64,000 nt of DNA, taken from Amoebidium appalachense (Eukaryota > Protista > Ichthyosporea). The notes below the pieces were generated by a model. The model searched no databases and was not told where the DNA came from. It saw only the letters and a program-made list of their open reading frames with translations. Location of the stretch: contig CAVNZM010000003.1 of the NCBI GenBank assembly GCA_963693365.1, positions 468,851 through 532,850 of the forward strand, given 5' to 3'. Position 1 is the first letter of the stretch. Each line of letters begins with the position of its first letter. This document shows positions 1 through 20,178 of this stretch, one piece after another. A program made the translations under genes and the position numbers.

Positions 1-129
1 TCGAGCGCTTTAAATTCTGTGTGTGCGCAGGTACCATGATGTGCGTGGTTCGGTGTGCGTATCACAGTGTACAGTAAATTGGCCGCGGTGGTTTGGTGTG
101 TCTTTTTGTTTGTATTCTGGTACACCCGA

Positions 130-2513
130 GCACTTCCTAAACGGAGTACGTGGCATTTGAATGTGTTCACACATGTGCCTTCATACAGTATAGTTACTTA
201 GTTAGCAAAGACGAGGTTAATTGGGGGAAAAAAAAAAAAAAAAAAAAAAAAAAAGCCCGGGCATGTATTGTCCATACTCTGTTCCTGGCATTTAACTTTT
301 CAAACTTTGAGGTATTGAGTCGCTTCTGCTACATAGAAAATTTGCTGCAGTAAAATACACGTTATAGTAACACGACTTATGGCGTGCTAGCTGCATTTAT
401 GTGTGTGAGGGCATATTTTTATGAAGGGGATAAATACCTATTACATACGCAGCCTCCGAAGCCCCGAGCTCACGAGCCACGATCACGGGCGTCGACAAGT
501 GGACGAATTGGATTGAAGAACGGTATGACACACACGGTGTAGACACCAAAAAGCACGCATTCCTGTGATAAATTCGGGAGGGCTGTCGCCAACGCGCTGG
601 CACGCGCTAAACTTGCCAAGTAGATATTTTAAGCGTATATTCGGGTTTCAAAGCATACAGATAATATAAAATGGGGTTGTTTTGTGTATTCATGTGTTGT
701 TTCAGGTTTCGTGGAGGAAAAAATATGACAACAGTGGAGATAAATATTGAGCCTATTCGTGAGCATGCATTCCTATGACATTCCTATCTCGAATCCTGCA
801 GTTTCAGCACATTCCTGAGGGAACCCCCAATTAGAGCTTTCTATGTCATAGCCGGAGCGAGCGCGACGTGGTGGGGGATTAGTTTTATAAAGTTTTCTCC
901 AAGCTAGTATATACCTCTTTAATTGAAATTCGTTGTCCACGTATGCGGTCGTGCATCCAGTAAAACCTTTTTCTGCACAACGATTAAGAAAAAAGGTCGG
1001 ACGTCCTCAGTCGGGTTTTATTGTCCGCTATTCGTCAAATAAGGCTAATTTTAACCTGATGGGCAATCGTAGTTGATTTGTTGCATATCATAAGCAGATC
1101 TTGCCACTTAGCTTTAAACACAAGTATATATGAATGCTGCAGCTTTTACAACAAAACATTTGCAATAGGTTTGCTCCCCATATATCCAGATTTTCTCTGT
1201 CTCTTTCGTTCCGTCGCACAAGATGTCACCACTGTCTCGCGCCCTGGCCGCCGCATGCATGGCCGGCCTTCTCACCGCCACCAGTGCCGCGCCGTTCACG
1301 TTCTGTTACTACAGTGGAGGGCAGGAGGATTGCAAGATGGACCCTGACCTCGGAGTGTGCAAAGACGTGGCATGGTCGAGCTGCGTGGACGTGGCGGCAA
1401 CTTGGGGCGCGACCAACACCGCCGGTAACAATTATGTACAGTTTACGACAACGGCCGGCAGTACCGACTTCTCCATGGATTTCTTCAGTGATTTGAATTG
1501 CCAGGTACCCACGGGCAACTCTGCAGATAGGTTAGCCATGAGCAGCTGTTTAGCTTACCTGCCGGTGTTTGCAGGATACAAGGGCCTTGGTGCGTCCTCA
1601 TCCACCACAACATCCACCACAACATCCACTACTAAATCATCAACAACATCCACCACAAAAACCCCCGCACCAGCCCCCGCACCTACCTCTTCAGCACACA
1701 CGTCCTCTTCCATCCCTACGTCCTCACGCAGTGCCTCTACGAGCAGGGTGCTGCCTTCGACCACTACCCCTTCAACATCAGCGATCAAGCCCACACCCAA
1801 ACCAGCACCTACACCAACACCATCACCAGTTGTCACCGGGCTCATTAGCTGTGCCAAGGTGGTAAAATGTGCCACCTACAAGCCGGACCCCAAGACCTGC
1901 GGGGTGATGCGCTGCAAGGCCGGGGTGAGCTGGAACACAACAATGCCGTGCACCGAAAACTACTGCTGCTTCACGTCCGGAACACGTGGCAACTGTCTGT
2001 CTGTGGACTGCCCGCAGGGAACAAAACGCACCACCAAAAACTGCAAACTGTGGGCGGGGTCGACCGAGGCATGCTGCAAGGATTACTGCTGCAAGAAAGT
2101 TTAAGAAATTTAAGATATGCTTGATACCGAGCAACATTAAATAGACAAGTTCAGACTTTGGTGATTCTATAGTTACTCGTATGAAAGCTCACACGACATT
2201 GATAGGCCATAGGTCATTTTCATCTTACATAATTGTAGCTGCCAAATGATTTAGTGCTTTCAGATTAGTTTATTGATTAGTTCAACGGTATACTTTCACT
2301 AAAGTGACGGCATGCATATGCATGCGGCGGAGCACTGACTCAAAGGGGGCCGGGGCTGCTTATAAATATACTTTCCTATCCCAGGATGAGCCTAACTGTC
2401 AGACTAGCCATGGTGTCAATGTTGGTAATTCTTGTCAGCTTAGTCATGCGAGAAGAGAGAGACAGAGGGAGAAGAGAAGAGAGAGAGAGAGAGAGGGAGA
2501 GAGAGGGAGGGGG

Positions 2514-2583
<70 letters not shown>

Positions 2584-2599
2584 GGAGAGAGAGAAGATG

Positions 2600-2667
<68 letters not shown>

Positions 2668-2828
2668 GAGAAAACAAGCACACACACACACACACTCACA
2701 CACACGCACCGTCAAACACACGCGCGCCCGTGCGCGCTTCACACACACACACATGCACACACACATACACACACACATACACACACACACGCACGCACGC
2801 ACGCACGCACGTACACGCACACATACAA

Positions 2829-2888
<60 letters not shown>

Positions 2889-4260
2889 CACACACACGCT
2901 CAACCGTTCTCTCACACCCAAACACATGATCACATACACACTGCATTTTATGAACGTAGGTGTTATTATAACATAACCACCAGGACAAAACTACATCCTG
3001 GAAAGGAGGGGCAGTCCGGGGAGGTAGCTTGTAAGTGTGGGTGAACGTGGGCACTGATGCATGCGCTGCGGACACATGCATATGTGCAAGTGTACTCTAT
3101 GCTAATACCGTGTGCGTGTGTACATGTTTCTGGTTGTGTGCTTGTGCACGCGACACACATGTGGGCGCTTCCTAAACGGAGCGACGTGGCTGTGAATGTG
3201 TTCACACATGTGGGTTACTACGTGCAGTAGTACAAGCGAAACCGTGGTTAACTAAGTTAATTAACAAAGTTTAACAAACAAACAAAAAAAAGTGCAGTGT
3301 ATACAATTAAACGGTACCCGTCCAGTATATGATGCAGTGTATGATACAGACGCCTCGTATGCACGTATATATATAAAAGATGCTCAACGGTACCTGCAAC
3401 GGTGAGGTTGTTCCAGAAACTCCGAAAAATGTCCCTAAATTGGTTTGTTTTCGACCAGATGGCCCCAATATCAGCCACAAACTGTATATAAAACACCGCC
3501 ATAAAACCGTTTAGTGGCTCTACTGCTCTATGTATACGCGTTTCATCATTATTCTATATAAAGAATATGCAAATAATAACACCCCTGTGGACGAATGGGG
3601 TTGAAGAACGGCATGGGACCAAGGCCTATTAAATATGGTGTGCTATTTAGGAGGCCTTGCATGGGACACACAGCAAAAGCCGCATTCCAGTGATAAAATT
3701 GGGCCCTAATTAGCGGAGGGCTGTTCCATTTTTGATTGCGTCTTCAGATGAATACATGTCGGGGGCATATGTACATGCAACGACGATTTTTGTTTTTCCA
3801 TGTGTCGCCTCGCACTTTTGGAGGATATTTACAATAGAAATGGGCATAGTAGTGTATTGTGCCCAATTCATGAGCATGCAATCCTATCTATTGCATTCCT
3901 ACCACCATTTCTGCCACATTCCTGAGGGAACTCCCGAATGATCACAAGTTGTCATCAATTCTATTTTTAACTTTTTGGACAAGACTTGTTTGATTCGCCT
4001 CAGATCATCAGTAAATCTTGCCATCTAGATGCCAACGCAGGTATATAAACGGTGCATGCCAGCTTTCATTTTCACCAAAACACATCCACTTCTCTTTTTT
4101 CAACCTCGCTTTACCGTTCACACTAACGCACAAGATGTCGCCACTATCTCGCGCCCTGGCCACCGCATGCATGGCCGGCTTTCTTACTCTCACCAATGCC
4201 TCGCTTTTCACCTTCTGCTACTACAGCAACGGACCGGAGGAATGTCAAATGAGCCCTGAA
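130..4260 (+). repeat. Diverged ~3-kb tandem segmental duplication (upstream region plus gene start)
   Basis: Collinear blocks: cttcctaaacggag..gaatgtgttcacacatgtg (~133/~3167), gtggacgaat..ttgaagaacgg (~499/~3587), cacattcctgagggaac (~808/~3915), gcacaagATGTC (~1216/~4128). Confidence 0.8.
1223..2104 (+). CDS. Intronless secreted protein (293 aa): signal peptide, Cys-containing N-terminal domain, Ser/Thr/Pro-rich linker, 14-Cys C-terminal domain
   Basis: Clean ORF. N-terminus MSPLSRALAAACMAGLLTATSA is signal-like. It has an S/T-rich linker and a C-terminus ending ...ENYCCF...EACCKDYCCKKV. A paralog at 4407-6101 conserves the C-terminal domain. Confidence 0.9.
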   Translation: MSPLSRALAAACMAGLLTATSAAPFTFCYYSGGQEDCKMDPDLGVCKDVAWSSCVDVAATWGATNTAGNNYVQFTTTAGSTDFSMDFFSDLNCQVPTGNSADRLAMSSCLAYLPVFAGYKGLGASSSTTTSTTTSTTKSSTTSTTKTPAPAPAPTSSAHTSSSIPTSSRSASTSRVLPSTTTPSTSAIKPTPKPAPTPTPSPVVTGLISCAKVVKCATYKPDPKTCGVMRCKAGVSWNTTMPCTENYCCFTSGTRGNCLSVDCPQGTKRTTKNCKLWAGSTEACCKDYCCKKV

Positions 4261-4266
4261 GTATGA
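4135..4266 (+). pseudogene. Truncated 5' remnant (43 codons) of a paralog of the 1223-2104 gene
   Basis: MSPLSRALATACMAGFLTLTNASLFTFCYYSNGPEECQMSPEV* aligns with MSPLSRALAAACMAGLLTATSAAPFTFCYYSGGQEDCKMDPDL. The upstream region is duplicated too. Confidence 0.8.
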
Positions 4267-4406
4267 CTGCTGTAGATGTTGTAATTGGACACATATCATT
4301 AGACAGTTATGCCGCCCTACTTAACAAGCTCCCACCCACCCAGTATATAGGTGGCCATCATTCTCTTGTTTTTTTTATTACAGCAGGTTTCGACAATAGT
4401 GTGAAA

Positions 4407-4790
4407 ATGTCGCTACGTATCTGTTTCTTTGCCGCTGCATGTTTGACGGGCACTTTTACCACCGTCAACGCAGAAAACATATACTTTTGCACCTACAGTA
4501 GCACGAGTGATTGCAATGGCCCAAAGACGAGCGCGAAATGCTCGACTACGCCTTTAGCTGAGTGTCTGGACGTTACGACACAGTTTGGCATAGTGACCAA
4601 CACGGACAACAAGTGCGTGGTAATCCAAACGAATGAATCCTTCTGCTTTCAGCATAGAATATACTACAGCAATGCGGATTGCAGTCAACTTTCAGTCATG
4701 GCGTCGATGACCACCACACCCTTCAATGTCTGTGACGGAAACCGTGTGTTTCCTGGATTCAGCACCTTGCAGAGCGCACCAACAGCCCCT

Positions 4791-4827
<37 letters not shown>

Positions 4828-6101
4828 AAACAACAACAACAACAACAGCAACAACAACAACCTCGACGACAACATCCACAACAATGTCGACGCCGCCGCC
4901 AACCCCCGCCGGGTTCCTCTGCACCTACAGTAGCGACACGGACTCCAAAGGCTGGCAGAGGACCGCAAATTGTCACAATGCTACCTTGTACACGTGTGTG
5001 GATGTCGAGGCAACATGGGGCGTTAGTAGCGGGACAAAGAAGTACGTTATGTTAAAGGACTACGGGGGTGTTATCGTGATTGCCTACTTCAACAGTTTAG
5101 ACTGCTCCGAACCTAGCAAAATTACCGATCCCATGCCGATAGGGTTACCCTATGACCTCTGCGTATGGGACAACATCATTACCTCACACCAGTTAACGAA
5201 AAATGCACCAACCTCGACAACAACCACAACAACTACTACAACCACCACCACCACAACATCCACAACGACAACGTCTTCCACAACAAAAAACACGTTATCT
5301 TCCGTAGATCAGGTGTACGTTTGCCGCTACAGCCTCGGGGAAGACGACTGCAAAGGCGCCAAGACGAGCGAGAACTGCATGGCCGTTCCAGTGGCCAGGT
5401 GTGTAGACATGACGGCTGTTTTTAGCACTAACCTGAACATGTATGTGATATATAACAGAGACACGGACATAACGTTAACAGCCGCAAACTACCTTCAGGC
5501 AGGGTGGGACGCATCATCCGCCCGAGGCAGCGGTACGCTTCTATACGATTATTGCATCAAAGATCCTATGGTTGGCGCATTCAATTGCAAAATTTACAAA
5601 AAGGGACCTTCCAACTCAACATCATCTTCCACGTCATCTTCGAGCACCAACAGCCATCCCAAAGAACCCAACACAAACGTCCACTTCCACAACAACAGGG
5701 ACACGTAAACCCACGTCATCCACCACGTCACCCACTAGCACTGGCAGGCTTCTCTCTACCACCATTAAAACATCAGCTACCCCTGTCAAGTCCTCTGCTA
5801 AGACTACACCCAAACCAACACCTACACCCACTGCCACCGGGCTCATTAGCTGCAACAAAATGGTGAAGTGTGCGGCCTACAAGCCCGACCAAAAACCTGT
5901 GGGGTGATGCGCTGCAAGGCCGGGGTGAGCTGGAATACAACAACGCCGTGCAATGAAAACACGTGTTGTTTGCCACAGAGCAGTACACGTGGCAGCTGTT
6001 TGTCGGTGGACTGCCCGCAGGGACAAAGACCCATAAATAAGAGCTGTAAACTGTGGGTGGGGTCGACTCAGCCGTGTTGCAGCAGCTATTGCTGTAAGTG
6101 A
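4407..6101 (+). pseudogene. Secreted Cys-rich/mucin-like paralog with three tandem N-type domains and poly-Thr linkers; two frameshifts (~5645, ~5890) separate it from the conserved C-terminal Cys domain
   Basis: The ORF starts at MSLRICFFAAAC (4407) and carries three CxYS...DCxG...C..C.D units before stopping at 5708. Homology continues in ORF 5572-5907 (TPKPTPTPTATGLISCNKMVKCAAYKPD) and ORF 5868-6101 (KTCGVMRCKAGVSWNTT...YCCK*). The shifts may be real lesions or assembly errors. Confidence 0.75.
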
Positions 6102-7160
6102 ATCTGATGGGCCTTTTGCTGGAAAAAGACGCAGTTAGTGGCATAGAAACTGCTTTGTGTATTTATTGGCCAGGAGCCTACCTGTGAGCATACACCAGCT
6201 GCACCGGCTATATGCGGCCGCGCATGCACTTTTCTGTCACAAGTTGTGTGTGAAACCTCCAGGCTTTCGACTGTTTGTATAGATCGTATTAATTAATTTT
6301 TTTGGTAGTCAGCGTAGCTTGATTTTTAGCAAATTGATTAGTGATGATTGAATATTAGTAACTGTTGTAGATGCCATGGTAGCCTAATTAGTATTGGTCG
6401 CAAAGTTTTTAAACCGTTCATTAGGATCCTCGGGGCCGCGGTATGAAAACTCAATACATTTTTCGCAACTGAAAAACGTATTTGCCCTTCGCCGTGTGTC
6501 GGAAAATATACATGTACAGATGGATCTCACACCTGCTGCCTACCCATGCACATTGTTCTAGATGAAACCAACACACACAGTGTTTATGCAAACACACACA
6601 AATGGTGCCACGTGTACTATGATATACGCTATGGCACAAACTTTCACACGCACGCACACTTGTTGCCGCATTCCCTCTTTTCGTATAATGATTCTCCGAC
6701 CGGCCTCGTTCTCCCCCCCCCCCCTCCCCCCCCCCCCCCCCCCCCCCACACACACACACCACCACCACCACCACCACCACCACCCACCCACACCCACCCA
6801 CACCCCACTCCCCACCCTACCCAATCCCCCCCTCCCCCTCCCTGCCACCTACACATACACACATTTATGCACTCCCTCTCACGCGAATTACACGCGTATT
6901 ACGCGTGGCACATGCATCATTGAACAACCAACAACACACACACACACACGAACCAATACTACATACACGCACACACAACACACTCTGCAATACACACAAA
7001 CTTCTGAATTAGTGCTGCATACACGTCCTTACAAATCCTTGCTTTGGTGTTCGCACACCCAACACGACATCCAATCACTGTGGAACACCAAAGACGAGTA
7101 TTATGCACCTGCACCGTGACACACAAACAAAGAACTTGAAGAGGAAAACACGTGTGCGTG

Positions 7161-7205
<45 letters not shown>

Positions 7206-7225
7206 TCACTCACTGACACGCGCGT

Positions 7226-7264
<39 letters not shown>

Positions 7265-7308
7265 CACACACACAAAACGGGGGAATATCTCCCCAGGGGG
7301 ACTCCGGT

Positions 7309-7348
<40 letters not shown>

Positions 7349-7614
7349 TCTCCCCGTGTCACCTTTTTAGTGTGTGTGTGTGTTTGTGGGGGGGGGGGGG
7401 GGTGGGGGGGGGGGGGGGGGGGGGGGGGGAGGGGGCGGGGGGGGGGGGGGGGGGGGGGAGGGACGGATCTCCCCCGGCGGGGGCAGGGCAGGGAGGGGGG
7501 AGGAATGGGGCCCGGGGAGAAGGGGGGAGGGGGAGGATCTCCCCATGGGGGGTGGGGGAAGTTTTGGTGGTTAGGGTAGCTTTGGTGTTTTTTTTCTTTC
7601 TTCTTTTTTTTTTT

Positions 7615-7645
<31 letters not shown>

Positions 7646-8170
7646 GGAGGGGGAGGTGGGGACCTCCTTGGGGAGGAGGGGGGTTTTTTGGTGGATAGGT
7701 GGGTTTGATGGGGGGGGGGGGAGGGGACGGGCGGAGGGGGGGATTCCGAGGGGGTTGGGGGGGGGGGGGGGGGGAGGAAGGGGGCCCGGGAGTCCGGGGG
7801 GAAGAGGGGGGGGGGGGGGGGTATATCCCCGCGGGGGGCGGAGGGGGTGGGGGGTGGGGGGGCACACACACACACATCCTGGCGTGGGAGCCAGGATGTG
7901 TGTGTGTGTGTGTGTGAGGGGACGGTGTGTGTCCTCCCGCCAACCCCCTCCCCTCCCCCCCCGGCCCCTTGGAAAAAAAAGAGAGAGAGAGAGAGAAAGG
8001 GAGGGAAGAAAAGCAGCCGAAAAATTGGGACGCCAAAGAAGGCACTGAGAGAGAAAATTCACCTGCCCACCAAACCCTATCTCTCTCCCTAAGGGACCCT
8101 GAGGGATCGGGCTGGCGCACCCACACCATTTCACAGGAAAGTTTTGCAACGCCTCAACTGAAAGACTCGC

Positions 8171-8346
8171 ATAGTAGATTGATAATACTTCTAGCGTACA
8201 ATGGGCAGTTCCCTTGTTTTTTTGTACAGTAAGTTGTTTGAGATGTTTTTGTTAGTTACGACGGAAACATAGTAGATTGATAATATTTCTAGCGTACAAT
8301 GGGCAGTTCCCTTGTTTTTTTGTACGTTAAGTTGTTTGAGATGTTG
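8171..8346. repeat. Two-copy ~98-bp direct tandem repeat
   Basis: atagtagattgataata(c/t)ttctagcgtacaatgggcagttcccttgttttttgtac..taagttgtttgagatgtt occurs at ~8171 and ~8269. Confidence 0.85.
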
Positions 8347-8496
8347 ATGGTAGTTACTACGGAATCCGATACAATTTCAACAATCTTACTAGATCACAAG
8401 ATTATATACGTTAGACCTCTATACCCGCGTAAACGGGGTGCCAGGAGGGTGGGGTGGGGTGGGGTTGGTGGATTTTCTTTTTTTTTTTTTGGGAGA

Positions 8497-8562
<66 letters not shown>

Positions 8563-9599
8563 TCATGATCAGACAGACTTCCCGTTACAGGAGCATAGCT
8601 ATATAGGCCACCGTCAAACATTTTACCTGAGATCGAAAGTTGACAGGTATTGGCATGTAGGGTAAGCTTCAATGCTACTAACGGCTGAGATCTGTGATTA
8701 GAACTTTTTAAAAAAAAGACAAAAAGAAGAGAGCTAAGTTCAAATGCAGCCCATGTAACGTCGTTTTTTACATGTGAATATTGTTCAGCAAGCCCTATTG
8801 GCCTTATATCTATAGCACCTCATCGCAGCTCACGTGCATGTCGATAATAAATAAATGGAACCCCATTTAAATATGTGGGCAACATGTCATCAGTAACCCG
8901 GGAATATACGGTTTGTCCGTGCCACTGGTGGGTTCAATTCGGGTTGTTACATTGGTCGAGTATGATGTGAACTGTTAAGTAAGTGACCATCCGGAGGCTC
9001 TGTACAGCGATAGCTTGTTACCTGTAGTGGGATCTCAGACCATCATGAGTCAACGATGCAATTATGAACCGATTACGGTTCAAGTGTGTGTATATTTCTC
9101 CGCGACGAGGGGGCAAGTTGTGGGGGGGAGGGGGAAGGGCGTTGGGGAGTTTGGGGGGTTGGGGGTTGGGGTGGGGGGGAGGGGGACGATGGTAAAAGGG
9201 TAAACATATTTGAACGGAATTCTTTCGCAACGTCCACCTCAATGAGCTCAGAGAACGACAAGTGGCTAGTGGAAGTGCGTCGAAAACATAGCTCAGTGTT
9301 TGTGCTATCCTGGCCTCAACCTAACTTTCAGTCAATTTGCCCTCCGAAAAATGCACTTTGATGCGCAGCCCACCAATCGGCCACCGTCAGTCATCAAATT
9401 TGGGAGAAAAGGTGGTTTTAGGTTTTCTTGTAATCGTAAAAACTCGTAAAAATGTTTCTTGTACAATTTTTTTTTTTTTTGTAGGCGATGTTTCCCAGTT
9501 AGTGAGCAAGCCACCAAAACTCAGTGAAGACTCCGGCCAACACAGTTTTTCCCTTGAGTATACACATATACACACAACACACACTTTACAGAGACACAG

Positions 9600-17043
<7,444 letters not shown>

Positions 17044-18676
17044 GGGCGTAACAGATGCAATTTTTGTGAATGTGTGTGTATGAATGTGTGGGGGTGTGTC
17101 GACCTGTTCGCAAGGGAGCTAATTGATCAGTCCGGAAAACTCGAACAGAACGTAACTCGTTAGACAAAACCCAGATAGGTTTGGACGTGACGGGTGTGCG
17201 TGTCTTATCCATGACACCGCGAGGTTGGCTTGGAAAGATTATCATTTTTTCATATGGTTTTGTATCTTCTTCCGAAGCGTTGGGAAACGTTTTGGAACTG
17301 CCAGCAGATGTGACTGGGTGTAGCCAATCACATTTGCCTTTTTTGCATCATCCAATCAGAAGTGTGCATGGATAGCATCATGAATCATTACGCTGCCAAG
17401 TAACCCTTTGGCAGCACTTTTCTATGCAAGGTATCGAATTTCGAAATAATCCTTTTTCCCCCCCCTTTTTTTGCCTCTTTTTTTTTTTTTTTTTTTTTGC
17501 ACAAAGTGAAGGATAATATATGTACATGCTACTTTCGTACACCTTTTGATTTGCTGACTCTTATTACCTTCATGCTCACATTAGATCAAAACTTGCTGGT
17601 GTCATGGTCGGATACCCCATGGAAATTTGCTGGTCTGAAGAGGCTTAAGTGACGGTTTGTTTGAATGTGTGATGGGGTTTTTTTTATGGTTGTGGGGGGC
17701 TGATACGTCGTATTTAAGGGAGGCCACAGGCGGTACCGGCTGTCGTTAGGATTATGCTTTTATAGACAAAATCGTGTATACGTAAGAATGCCAGCAAATC
17801 CCCTTTGGGGCCTTGATTGTTTTCCTCTTGAATGAAGCTACTCTCTCTCATAACATACATTGCCCCTGCTGTAACGGTGGTAACACTGTTTTGTGAATCG
17901 ATTTCAAACACAGATAGCTCCCTTGTGGTGGCTGCAGCTGGGCGTAGTAACTCTGGCATGACAATTTAAGAGTGGGCGTTGGTCCCCCTTATGCAGGAGT
18001 GTACAGCACCAACGAACACCAAAATAAATAACGCTGGCCTGTTGGTTAGAGGCACAAAGTCTCGAGGCGGGCTATGCTTGCAAACGAACAAACTAATGTG
18101 TCATTAACACAAGCACGCATACGCATGCGCACACACTCATACACATGTACGGGGCACATTAATTGTTTGCGCCACAGACACACCACATGCACACACGCGC
18201 AAAACACACATACAAACTCGCGCACGCACACACACGCATAAACACACGCACGTGTTCACACACCCACCCACCCACACATGCACACCTTGGCACACACACA
18301 CACGCGCGCGCGTGCGCGAACACACGCACACACACTTACACGGCACATCTGAACACCCACCCATACTGCGGCCCATGTGGAAATTGAAATTACACACGCG
18401 CACTAGCACACCGCATCCAATTCCCGGAAATGTAACCGTTGATTTCTTTTGTGCTATCAAGAAAGGCCTTCAGAGTCTCATATTAACTTTCAAATGCGGG
18501 TTTCAACGGTCTATTATCATATTGTACCCCAAGGGTATCATTGGCTCAGGGAGAAAATAAGCTGCACCCTGTGCACGGTTAACCAATCAGAATCGACCAA
18601 ATAAAACAGCACGTTTGTCAAAATAGTGTTAACCCAGTTAGACAGCTATCTACAAGATTAAATAGCAAATATCCAG

Positions 18677-19417
18677 TCACCATTCACACCCGGTAAACAT
18701 CAACCACCCATGCACCGAACAGTTACTGTTCACAACAATCGTCGATCCGCTCGTTGCTGATAGCTTTCCCACGTATGTAAGAGTCTCCCAAGGGCACGTG
18801 ATTGTCCCACCACCGGGAGCTGCTGATTGGGAAGTTATCAGCTGCCCATCACGCTCAGTTACCTCGTATTGAAATTTCGCCGTGCAACCCCCGTTGGTGC
18901 TTATGAAATTTTGGCATTGAGTAGATGAGAAAGACATGGGACAACCCTTCATTCCTCCTTCCAAATAAAGTGTGCCGGTTGCGTTTGCATTCGTCCCAGG
19001 CTGGAATACATGTGAGCTCCAATGTAGTGGGGTTGGAGGGGGCGGGCGGGGTGCGGGAGGGGGGGGGGGGGGGTTCAATAACGGGCTGGAAAAGATAGAA
19101 ACGGAGATTGAAGCAACTTTTGATTGCCACGCACGGCCCGCTGGGGTGTTCTTTATGGAATCTACTGGAAGCAGCCTTTTTGAAGAAATAACAGTGCTCG
19201 TGCCCATATGTCGAGTTGCGGTCGTACGCACACTACTGCACATCTTGTTTATTTCAGGATACATTTCTCCTGCTGTACGTATGGATACCACCCTAGTAGA
19301 TAAGTCTGTATGGTGCTCTGATGTTGATATTGCCGGGAAGTTGTGCAGTGGCGTTGTAATTTTTGTTTCCATAGCCGCTGGTGCCACTTTAGTGTTGAAC
19401 TTTTTAATCGAAAGCAT
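18677..19417 (-). CDS. Hypothetical protein (246-aa ORF or large exon) with a Pro linker and a Cys/Gly/Thr-rich, beta-rich-looking C-terminal half
   Basis: Long ORF in non-repetitive sequence with protein-like composition (GTLYLEGGMKGCP...CTAKFQYEV...TCPWETLTYVG). No family recognised and boundaries are uncertain. Confidence 0.4.
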   Translation of the reverse strand: MLSIKKFNTKVAPAAMETKITTPLHNFPAISTSEHHTDLSTRVVSIRTAGEMYPEINKMCSSVRTTATRHMGTSTVISSKRLLPVDSIKNTPAGRAWQSKVASISVSIFSSPLLNPPPPPPAPRPPPPTPLHWSSHVFQPGTNANATGTLYLEGGMKGCPMSFSSTQCQNFISTNGGCTAKFQYEVTERDGQLITSQSAAPGGGTITCPWETLTYVGKLSATSGSTIVVNSNCSVHGWLMFTGCEW

Positions 19418-20135
19418 GTTGATAGGTGTGAGTTTTTATGTCGCGTTTTACCCCTTTCCCTACGGGTGTCTGCTACACCGGCTGGCAATGTGACCACTTT
19501 AGACTTTTTGTTGAATTCTGTTGGTCGTCACATTGAGTATTTATATGATTTTCACACAGTGTTCAGGTATCTCAGTATGCACTTGTTACTGGATAACTCG
19601 TGAAGTTTTTATTGTCTTCTCAGTATGCCGTGCATACTTACATATCTTTCCGTCGATAATCCAGTCAAAAGAAAAAAAATCATCATCCAATAATTATAGC
19701 TCTAAGCGCGTAATTGGTGTACCTTTTTGCTCTCGCAGGTACCGGTAGCCCTGTTGTTCATTTCTGAGTCCCGGCCTCAGAGCCATCGCCGCAATTCCAT
19801 GGTTCCAGCTACCGATATGACGCGTAGCCAATCAAAACACAGGGAACGCCTACATCTATTTATCACAGACAGTTCACAATGGCCTCGCGGAACTCACTGA
19901 GCGATTGTCTCCCCCGCGGCTGAGGAGTTTTCTCAAAGGTGCAGTGAAAGTTTCCCAGTCATTCACCATGAGCTCGTGAACAGAACAAAATATATAATAG
20001 TGCGTGAACTCTTTAACTAACTGCGTGACGCTGTGGTGAGTCACGGTATTGTTGCAATTGTCGCCTGTGGCGCACCTGTGGCAGAGGCACTACAGCGGGA
20101 GACAGAGGGGCGGTGGTGGTGGTGGTGGTGGTGGT

Positions 20136-20178
<43 letters not shown>

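Noticed and set aside
2304-3081. Long ORFs of RE/HT/CV/SL repeats here and throughout the window (e.g. 39821-40948, 43908-44566, most of 49281-51056)
   Set aside because: They are stop-free translations of dinucleotide microsatellites and homopolymers. Only small embedded exons are credible.
4135-4410. Splicing of the 43-codon remnant (donor gtatga at 4261) onto the downstream paralog
   Set aside because: Both candidate acceptors (4383, 4386) lead to an in-frame stop, and the downstream gene has its own signal peptide.
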